DNA of 28,016 bases, from contig JBJCIZ010000298.1 of NCBI GenBank assembly GCA_051294375.1, forward strand, positions 1 through 28,016, in the 5' to 3' direction. The position numbers and the translations under genes are program-made. Every line of letters begins with the position of its first letter. Within the stretch, counting starts at the first letter, position 1. The notes under the pieces are model-generated. The model was not told the DNA's origin, searched no databases, and saw only the letters and a program-made list of their open reading frames with translations. Positions 1 to 8,946 of the stretch are shown here, in pieces. The stretch is from Paraspadella gotoi. Lineage: Eukaryota > Animalia > Chaetognatha.

Positions 1-19
1 TTAACTATACAAAAATGTA

Positions 20-965
20 TTTGACCAATAACAATCCAACGTTAATTAAAAATCAAGAAGATGATTCGAACCTCAGGCTTCATAAAATGGAGCAGACACA
101 TCTTACCAAGGAAAAAGGGATTCGCTTCATCTCATCAAAAAACTTTCTAATATGTTAAAGAGAGCGGAGGGGCGAAATTAAATGCGTTTTATTTCGAAGG
201 AGTCAACAAGGTTGATTCGACATACAGGAGCATCAAAAAAATTTAAATCCGCCCACCATCACAAATTTTTCTCTCCTAAAAGTCGAAAATCCTCCGCGAA
301 GGAGACATTACTACTTTTAAAAAAACTGACGCCGCCGTAAACTAGCAACTCTTGGTTAAATGTGAGCAGAATCACCCTCTTTCTCACTGTCCCGAACATC
401 GATCGTAACCTCGACTCCAATGTCCGGAAAGTGGATGTACGTCCAAAAACTTAAAAGGTTCTGTTCCGTTTACAGAGAGGGACACGGTAAAGGAAGATTG
501 CCGTCAGAGGCCGTGCGGCCGCCTTCGATGGGCTACATCAATGTCGCTTCATATGAGTTCCATGTGCCTAAACTTCTAATTGATTGTCTCTCTTAATTGT
601 CCCAACATGTTTCGCCTCAGATTCGGTTTTCCGAAGATTGCTCTTGGTCATTGATCCGTAAAACATTGCTGACCATAACAGCAAAAAATATTTTATTTTT
701 CTAAGCTTTGGGTCAAAACCGCCATCAATATGTTTGTATTATTGTCAATAATTCACTATTAATCATAATTAACGAGGGATGTTAAAATATTTTGCCAGTT
801 CATTTTTATGGTCATATTTCCGGGCGTGCTTCCCGCCCCTCACATGTTTCAGGAGAGATTTTTCTTAGTTTATTGCCGTTCATTTCATCTAGGAAACTCA
901 CGTTAAACGTTCGACCGATGAAAGCAAGAAAACGCTTCGTCTCCACGGGGCGGGGGAAGACAAAA
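20..965 (+). pseudogene. Degenerate tandem copies of a coding-like unit paralogous to 13607-14480 (tentatively PAZ-like C-terminal part)
   Basis: Direct matches seen: 122-146 tcgcttcatctcatcaaaaaacttt vs 13815-13840; 245-330 aaatccgcccacc...ctccgcgaaggagac...aaaaactgac vs 13867-13945; 358-395 aaatgtgagca...cctctttctcactgtcccgaa vs 14093-14124; 892-965 ggaaactcacgttaa...gaagacaaa vs 13660-13728. Short ORF 420-596 reads MSGKWMYVQKLKRF...GYINVASYEFHVPKLL. Confidence 0.45.
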
Positions 966-1104
966 TAAAGATAGAAGTATAAACTATGTATTATGATGAT
1001 TATTATGTCACGTTGACCTTTTTGATTAAAGGGATAGTATCCTTTCATTTTTTGGAGATTTGGAAATAAAAGTTGGTTTTTTAATATTGACATTGTGTAA
1101 TTCT

Positions 1105-1530
1105 TTCTTTTTTAGTTATTAGCCCTTAAGAGAGATGAAGATCGTGGAACAACAAAGTTTTATTTTAAAATTAAAATTCGGACAGTTTCAACTTCTGTGG
1201 AATTCGAGTCTTCATCAGCTTGAAATTCATAAACATTCACATTTCCAAACATTTAAGTTTGTGATAGAGAAAGAAAGAGAAGAAAATAAAGAGAGAGTTT
1301 TCAACAAAGAATTGCGTGAAGATACGTGGTCACTCAATTCTGTTTAGAAACTCTCTCTCATTTCTCTCTCTCTCACAAACTAATGTTGAAAATGTGAATG
1401 TTTATGATTTCAAAACTGATTGGAAGACTCGAAATCCCACAGTCGAAACATACCGAATTTTATTAAAATAAAAACTTTTTGTCCACGAAATCTTCGTATT
1501 CTCGTAAGTATTTAATATTAAAAAAATATA
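1105..1530. repeat. Imperfect palindrome (fold-back), ~200-bp arms, centre ~1322
   Basis: For example 1221-1248 tgaaattcataaacattcacatttccaa is the reverse complement of 1386-1412 ttgaaaatgtgaatgtttatgatttca; ttcgagtcttc pairs with gaagactcgaa; cgtggaacaacaaagttttattttaa pairs with ttaaaataaaaactttttgtccacg. Confidence 0.9.
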
Positions 1531-2199
1531 AGTGGAACAGAACAACAGACAGACCGACCAACCAAACCCTAAAACTGAATTGTTAAGTTAAGCAGCGAAA
1601 TTATCACAAACAGAAAAAATAAACTTTTTTTATAATTTTGATTTAATAGATTTTAAGCTTTTTTATTTTCTAATAAAAGTGTGAGAAAGGACATTCTTTT
1701 CAATAGGAGAAGAAGAGCAACTTTTGTACTTATAATTTACTCGAGCCGAGAACAACCATTTTTGATGTTTGTACTAATCACTACGTATAATGTAAATTAT
1801 TTTTCTAAATTAATGGTTTAAAATATAATGTTCAAAACATCTAAAAATATTTTTGCTATATACCCCCAATTTTAAAATAAAACCATATGGATCCCTATTT
1901 ATAACTTTTTTTTTTTTCAAACTTCCAAAAAAAACGTGTCTACTCAATTTGTTTATCTTTTATGATTTTTGGCTGTGAGCGAGTGTTGTATCAACTGAGA
2001 GTGTGTAGCTGAAATTAAATTTAGACAACTTAGAATTTCAGCCCTGGGCGCAAATCGTGGTTGGTTTGCCCTCTTATCTCATGTCGGAGGAATAAATACG
2101 CGTGGTATCCACAATCATGCGTGTTGGAACGAAAAGAGTGGGGTAATCATAGATGCGTGTGGCGGAACCAACTGGGAGGCGTGTCAGCGCTGAACTCGT

Positions 2200-5010
2200 G
2201 TCTGTATATCGATTAGACGATCTCCAGATCTTTGGCAACGTTTTAATATATATTTGAGTCGTTCGTTCTTTTCTTCCGTTGAAACGTACTTCTTTCGTTC
2301 AGTTTAAAATTGGGAAATTTGTTGGGGGGTAGATTGAGTCTCCGATTGAGGTTGTTTTGTTTTTTTGGTTTTTTTTTTGTTTTTTTTTTGCTTAGTTGAG
2401 TCCATCCTTTCGCTTTTTGCTTTGTTTTTTCGCTCCTATTTTTCTTTTTCAATTCTTATTAGTTTCTTTCATCTCACGACTTCAGCGAAGTAAAGAACAA
2501 AGCAAACAAAATCTCTTAATGTTTTGTTTTGTTACTTTCCTACTTCTCCCACATTTTTTCTTTCGACTCTATCGTCGTATCTCTTCTCTATGCCCCCCCC
2601 TTTCTGAAGATCGGACCGACGATATCTACCCCCATCTCACAACCCTTCCAGTTATTTTTTTAATCCTTTCTCCAGTCTCCTAGTCTTCCTTTGATCCCTT
2701 CCTTAGTCTTCCGATCCTTCTCTTTATCGTTGTAGTTCTTCCGTTACATTCGTTGCTTTCCTTATCTTTTCCTCTACTTTCTCTTTCTTCGTCTTTCATC
2801 TCTTCCTTCATTCTTTCCAAATCTGATTTTCCTTCCGTATAACTTTTCTTAATTCCTCGTCTTCTCTTTCCTCCCAATCATTTATTCTATTATCCCGCTT
2901 CCTTCCCATGTTACCCTGGAATTATATTTCATCCCTAACTTCCTCCATTCTTAATATTTCCCCCTTTCCCCCTTCCTACCTCCTCCTCCTTCCACTTTCC
3001 TCCGCGTCCTTCTGTCGTATCCTCCATCATCCGTCTTTCTCCGTCTCTGACTCAGCCCTCCTTTTCGATTCCCTTCGGACTTTCCACGATTCGGAATTAC
3101 CCTTCCTTCCACTCACCCCCCCTTTCTTTCCCCTTCCCTTCCCCCCCACTCCATAAGTCAGGCGCACGGATTCTCGATTACGCGGATGACTCATTCGAGC
3201 GGCCGGCCGCGCTTCATGCTCCGACCGTAACCTTTCGCATTGCAACGTAGCGTGCAACGCGCTGCAGCGCGGTGCCGAGGGAGCCCGACCACAGAAAAAA
3301 AAAAAGCGACAACACAAACAGCGAACCAGTTTTCTATTTGATATTCTGTTTTATTTTAATTTGATGCTTCGATGTGCTTTTTTTTAAATGATCGGTCAAT
3401 GGAAAAAATTAATATGAGTAAGAATTCACCACTTCGCGATACAGAAGAGAACAACTTGTGAACCACGCACGGTAGTGTCGACGAGAAAAATTTTTTCCAA
3501 GAAAAATTAAAGCCAAGTCGTCGTTAGCGTCACAATCGAAGAGACGATTCGGGTTTTGTAAGAAGAAATCGAAGGGAAAAAGTCCGATATGTAACGATTA
3601 AATCCGGATCGGATTAAACTAGGAATTTCTTAACATAGAAGAACCCTCAAAATTACGCTAGTGACAGGATTACGCAAAAAAAAAGAAGCGAAAAAATTGG
3701 TTAATTTAAAAGAAATTTTAAACCGAGTCCGGCGTCGATAATAAATATCCATGCTTAGAATTTTAATATAATAATCAAAAAAATCGCTAGTAAGGAAACA
3801 AAACTAATTTAAGCTTTTAATTCGCGAAATAAAAGTTTAAACAAAACGATCATATTATTATTATCTTATTATTATCATTTATTATTATCATTATTAAATT
3901 ATCATTATTATTTAATTCATATATGTAGTTACTTTCCAGATGGTATTATTATTCATTATATATTAATTATGGTAATTATTATTAGGTCATTATTATAATT
4001 ATTTATGTATATATTAAAATAACATTAATATAACTCATGTATAAAATCATTATTATTATCGTAAGTTTTATTTTAATCAAACATTGTGCCGCATTCTTCA
4101 ATTCTTCGATACTAAGTTTTTTGGTTCGACTTCAAAAACGCTTCATGACGGTTTATTTGTCGAAGTTCATCAAAGTAACTCATTCTCGCCATTGGCTTTC
4201 TAAAAAACCCCACAAGATCCACGAATAATCGCCCCGCGATTTAAAAGGCGTGTCCTATATTTTCGCTGTCGAGAAGAAAACTTCTTTTTAATTTTCAGTG
4301 GTCCAAGCGATGAGGCTCGAAATCTTTGTCTTTTTAGCGACCTCCCCTCTTTTTTGGTCATCAGAGAAAAAAAAAGGAAAAAGGAAGTTGAGACGAAAAA
4401 TTAGAGAAGTGGATTAGGGGGCGCATAAAGGGGGGGAAATTGTTTTCTCGAAAAAAAAGTGTGGCGACGTTTCGTCGGAGAGAGGGATTTGTCGGAGAAG
4501 AGCGGTCGTGTGGTGCCTCGTCGTCCGTCGTCTGTTTGCCTTTTGTTTACTCTTCTTGTCTTTGTTTTATGGTGCTTCGAAGAAGAAAAATTAAAATAAA
4601 CGACGAAGAGAAGTTAACAGATTTGAATATTTTATTTTGGAGTTTGAACGAAGCGGAGAAATGGGACGGGATGTTATTGTAAAGAAGTTCAAAAAAATTA
4701 AGAAAAAGGAACAAAATGGAAAGAAAGGAAAAAAAGAAAGAAAAGAAAAGAAAGTAAAAGATAGAAAATAAAGAAAAAAATTGAAAGTGATGGAAAAAAG
4801 AGAAGAAAAAGGGAAAGAAAAGAAAGAATTAGATTGTAAAGATAGAAAATAAAGAAAGGAAAAAAAAGAAAGAAAAAAACAAAAACAAATGAAAATTTAA
4901 AGAAAGAGAGTAGTACATCAGAAAGAAGCAAGAAAAAAAGAAAGAAAGAGAACGAGCAACCCAAAACCATTCGTTCAACCGAAGATTTAGGGAAAGGCAG
5001 AATTGGCAGA
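2200..5010. repeat. Heavily degraded large inverted repeat, apex ~3608
   Basis: Apex aatccg-gat-cggatt (3601-3615). Symmetric matches: gggttttgtaagaa (3551) vs ttcttaacatagaagaaccc (3627-3646); tcgacg...aaattaaagccaa (3478-3516) vs ttggttaattt...cgtcga (3697-3738); 2252-2275 vs 4940-4965. Outer boundaries approximate. Confidence 0.55.
3855..4060. repeat. Degenerate (ATT/ATC)n low-complexity tract
   Basis: Repeated attatt/attatc units visible. Confidence 0.75.
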
Positions 5011-5170
5011 AATCTTTTTTTTTTTTCACAAAGAGGAAAAAAAACTTGGAGGAGGAGGGGGGAGCAGAAAGAGGAGGAGGAGGAATGAAGAGGAGGAGAA
5101 GGAAAACGCGACTGATAGGATAAGAACGAGGAGCGATAAGGGGAAGAGGAGGAAACTTACAAAGGAAGTA
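4690..5170. repeat. Purine-rich (A/G) low-complexity tract
   Basis: Almost only A and G (aaaag/gaaag then gga repeats); source of the spurious F/L/S-rich minus-strand ORFs. Confidence 0.8.
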
Positions 5171-5313
5171 AAGCGGTTCTATCCCAGTCTATGTATTTCC
5201 ATTTCGCTTACCCAGTTACCTACAAAGTTGTTTGTCCCTCAGCTTTGTTTTTCTTTCCTGTTTTCTCTTTTTTTTTTTAACTTGCTTCAATTATTTTCGG
5301 TTGGTCGATTTTT

Positions 5314-5348
5314 GTCGTCCGTCGTCGTCGGTCGTCGTCGTCGTCGTC
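5314..5348 (+). repeat. (GTC)n microsatellite
   Basis: gtcgtccgtcgtcgtcggtcgtcgtcgtcgtcgtc; similar tracts at ~4519-4532 and 24552-24570. Confidence 0.85.
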
Positions 5349-5906
5349 TGACCTCAAACTTGTACCCGATTGTTTGTTGGTTTTCGAATCAAACCTCGCT
5401 GTTACCAGTTTATTTTCGAAGGAGTAAATAGCGGGGAGAGAGGGGGGGAGGTAGCAGAGTCAGGGGTTGAAATGGACACTTCCGAACAAACGTGCGTGAA
5501 AGTAGGGTCTGGGGCGGTAGAGAGGTCAGTTCGGTCAACAGGGGGGGGAGGTCCAGTTAGGGGTCGGGTTCGCCTGGTCACTTTTATTCTTACCCCGCAG
5601 AGGTTCAGGCTCCCAGTTATCATTGGCCGAAAAAAAAATCGTTTTTATTGTTTACATTTTCTCTTTCAGATTTCCATATTTGTTACTTTTCCTCACTTCT
5701 TCTTTTTACGTTCGAATTATTTGTTTCCACCTACAAAATAAGTTTATCTTTAATTCTTTGTTCCCTTTCGCAAGTTTGAAATAGGGACAAGTTTTAATTT
5801 TTTTTATTCAAATAATTTAGTAAAAAAAATTTCTTTGACATTTTTTTTATTTCTCCTTATTTTCATTTTTAAAATTTTCTTTATTTTTTTTTTTTTTTTT
5901 GACTCA

Positions 5907-5969
5907 TTTTCGATCCAGAAAATTTTTGATCCGGAGAAAATTTTTCGACCCGAGAAATTTTGCGAACCG
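5907..5969 (+). repeat. Short tandem repeat, ~18-nt unit (ttcgatccrgaaaattt), about 3.5 copies
   Basis: ttcgatccagaaaattt / ttgatccggagaaaattt / ttcgacccgagaaattt / tgcgaaccg. Confidence 0.7.
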
Positions 5970-6092
5970 TGATTCGAAAGTCAGGTGATTAGAGGCTAAT
6001 TTATTCCGTCACGTGATCCTTTGTGAACGAACATAGATTTTTTTTCCCGTGGACGCCATGAGAGCGGAAAGCTAAAACGATATCGAAATTCT

Positions 6093-6125
6093 TCTCTCTC
6101 TCTCTCTCTCTCCTCTCTCTCGTCT

Positions 6126-6162
<37 letters not shown>
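6093..6162 (+). repeat. (CT)n microsatellite
   Basis: Near-perfect CT dinucleotide run. Confidence 0.95.
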
Positions 6163-6164
<2 letters not shown>

Positions 6165-6299
6165 ATCTCAATTTTTATATCACTCTACGCCTCCTAACTA
6201 AAAAAAAAAACATATAAAAAATTTTCGATAACCAAAAGTTTTGTAAATTTGAATCAAGACTTGGATGCGTCGCCTTAAACCGAACCTACAAGACTTAGT

Positions 6300-6860
6300 T
6301 CATTGGTTATTTGTTTACTTTTAATTACAATAAATCCCCCATTTTTTTTATTTTTTTTCTTCACTATTTCCCTTACCTTTGACTGAATCCATGTCCGATC
6401 TTTCACGTTATTTCCATATTCTCACTTTTCAATCCTTTGTCTATTCTCACTCACACTAATACTCGCTCTTCTTTCACCTCAAACTATTTTCACGAATCCA
6501 ACTTTTCCATTCGTCCTCTTCCTCATTTTACCAACTTTGGCTCATTTTCCTTTGCCTTACCCCTCGAGACTTACCTCTGATCCACGCGGCACCCGCGTAC
6601 CCTATTGTACCTTTACTCTCGAACGAAAAAAAAAATGGAAGGCGAAATCTATTGTTAAACGAGAGAAAGAACGTGAATGTAGTAACCCAAATTCTGAATG
6701 GTTGTGAACGAATTGCTGGAAAGAAGTTGAAAGGATGAATTTGATCACATAGAATTCAAAACCGGTGATTTCTCGTTTCTCGATTCCCAGATTCGCAGAT
6801 GAGAAGCAAAAACAAAACGAAAGCCAAAACAAACGATTTTGTAAACAAAAGGAGGAAAGC
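6300..6860. repeat. Degraded inverted repeat, apex ~6591
   Basis: Apex acgcgg-cac-ccgcgt (6584-6598). Symmetric matches: tcgaga/tctcga (6564/6617), ttgcctt/aaggcgaa, caacttttcca/tggaaagaagttg, tttgtttac/gtaaacaaa (6310/6841). T/C-rich left half, A/G-rich right half. Confidence 0.6.
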
Positions 6861-7374
6861 GCTGATGCCTCAGGAATTGAATGGCAGAAAAGCGGCAAAC
6901 AAAAAAATCAGCATATAAGCCAAAAGTGAAAACTAAACGATTAGAGATAAAAATATGTACATTAAAACTAAAAAGATTATTAAACTATTGAGTATTGATA
7001 GTGGTATAATAAAGACGCACGATGCAGCCGCGCTGGCAAGCACTGGCGTGGCGGACGCTTAGTGTTCGGGACGCTGATTAACGAACCAGTGCTAAGGATT
7101 CGGCGTGTAGGGATTAGAGACGCGGTGCGAGAAGACGGAGCTTGAACGTAGTAAAGTGGGTTGTCGCTGATAGGACGCACGGAGATACCATTTACTAAGT
7201 TGATAGATAGTAATTTTAAAAACGTTCATTGTTCAAATCTACGTAGTTTTGTTGTGGAACAAAAATCGATTCGACCTGAAATTCTTTGATAATTGATTTA
7301 AATTTCCTTAAAACGCTCAGACTTTGTATATTTAAAATGAAAATAATACGAATCGAGAGAAAAAATACACATTC

Positions 7375-7690
7375 TAGATATGCATTTGTAGCTTTCGCCG
7401 TCCGTGGCATTTTCTTATATATTTTAATATCGATCGATAGGAAATGATGTCAATATTGCGCATGCAAAATTTCAAGTCAATCGGTCAATACCGTTTAGAA
7501 ATGGGCAGGCAAAAACCCGCCCCGTTTTTTCGTCCCTCTTCGCAAAAACAGGATCGCGATCGAAAATAAATTTTTTTGGTTCCACTAAACGGTTTGAACT
7601 AGCGCTCGCTTCGTAGTTCTTTTTATTTAAGCCGCAAACGATCGAGCGGAGAAGCCGGTAAACGAAAAATGCGCGTTCGGGTCCTAATTT
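7375..7690 (+). mobile_element. Probable non-autonomous element end (MITE/DINE-1-like motif) at the outer end of the giant inverted repeat; mirror copy ~22825-23128
   Basis: Contains atcgatcgataggaaatgatg...gcatgcaaaatttcaagtcaatcggtcaa, resembling the AAATTTCA..AATCGG motif I recall from invertebrate non-autonomous DNA/Helitron-type elements. Family not verified. Confidence 0.35.
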
Positions 7691-8073
7691 AAATTCTTTT
7701 TAAAACATCATAATGCAAAATAACGTTAATTAAAAACATATTTAAGATAAATTAATTCGCAGATCAAATAATAGGAAAACTCAACTTAATCAATTAAACT
7801 AATAAATCAAAATGTGTGTTGCAAGTACAGGAATTTAAAGTTCAATAAATACATTTTGTAGACCCTCGTCAGAAATAATTAACTCTTATTTAATTTAATT
7901 AATTTTATATTAACTACATAAAAACAATATCAATGTTGAATAGCTTNNNNNNNNNNCAAAACTAGAGAACGTTCTATCAAACGTTAAATCCTAAGCAATA
8001 ATAAAATGGACAATAGACTTAAAAAAGTATAAACATAATATGGTGGATTAAAATCTACCAACCGTTCATCAGT

Positions 8074-8127
8074 GGCCATTGGTGCCAGAGGCAAGTAAAG
8101 GTCCGGGGTTCTAGCCCGGTGGTCGCC
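8074..8127 (+). pseudogene. tRNA-derived head (SINE-like) lacking the anticodon arm
   Basis: A-box-like tggtgccagagg and B-box-like ggttctagccc; the mirror copy has an extra 16 nt. Confidence 0.4.
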
Positions 8128-8769
8128 TAGCAGAGGGACGGGGCCTGTAACACGGTGTTACAACCTGATCCAAAGCTCAGGGACTGCTTATATTGAACGG
8201 TTCTGTCAACTAACACTTAACACTAATTATTGTCAATAACAACATTAAAATAGGAATGTTAATTGATTCCGACGTCGTAGAGAATGAGAGGAAAACATGG
8301 ATTTGTTTCTTTAAACGTCAACACAAGCACAGGGAGTATAATTATTTTTGAAAAATTTTCATCATGGGATTTACTGTGCTAAGAGCAAAAAAAGTTTTTG
8401 CCAAATNNNNNNNNNNACATTTTCTATGTCATCATTTTTTATTAAAATTTGGATGACCGGTTTTTCGCAATANNNNNNNNNNGAACACCGCTGCCACCGC
8501 TGACCACGACGTTGAGGACGATGAAGACGACTCAAGCTTTGCTGTAGTTGAAAGAGGGATATTTTTCATCATCTTGATGACTGGGATTGCTTCAATCCAC
8601 CAGAGTAGCAAGTATCGTTTTTTGTATCATTGGTAGGTGCAGTTTCAAAAAACTTCTCCCACGTCCATGTGCTGAAACGTAGAGTTTTGTGGATAAGGCG
8701 GCTAAGTGGGCAGAAGATGACTATCCATAACTTCTTATAAACCCTCTTAGCAGACATGGAACGGGGTCT

Positions 8770-8919
8770 GGGCTTGGAACCAGGTTGAGGGTTTCCCACG
8801 CCCCCAAGGCCGGCTTACGGCCGTCCCTCACTCTTCCGCAGGGTATGGTACCAGATTGGGATTGAACCCGGTACCTAGTGGTCATGAGCTGATGGCTTTA
8901 CTCAATGAGCCACCGGGTC
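8770..8919 (-). mobile_element. tRNA-Met(CAT)-derived SINE-like / Pol III element, copy A
   Basis: Minus strand gacccggtggctcattgagtaaagccatcagctcatgaccactaggtaccgggttcaatccc: A box tggctcattgag, anticodon-like loop ctCATga, B box ggttcaatcc. T and anticodon stems do not pair fully. Followed by ~80 nt of GC-rich body shared with copy B. Confidence 0.65.
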
Positions 8920-8946
8920 ACAACTGAAAGAGTCATGCTTTTAGGC

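Noticed and set aside
2243-5741. ORFs rich in F/L/S/P or K/E/R/G
   Set aside because: Products of pyrimidine- or purine-skewed low-complexity sequence; no domain-like content.
6602-6898. 98-aa minus ORF and plus-strand coding-like stretch
   Set aside because: Lies in the right arm of a noisy fold-back; no coherent frame or recognisable motif.
7010-7190. GC-rich island as rRNA or structured ncRNA
   Set aside because: No recognisable conserved rRNA or snRNA motif by eye.
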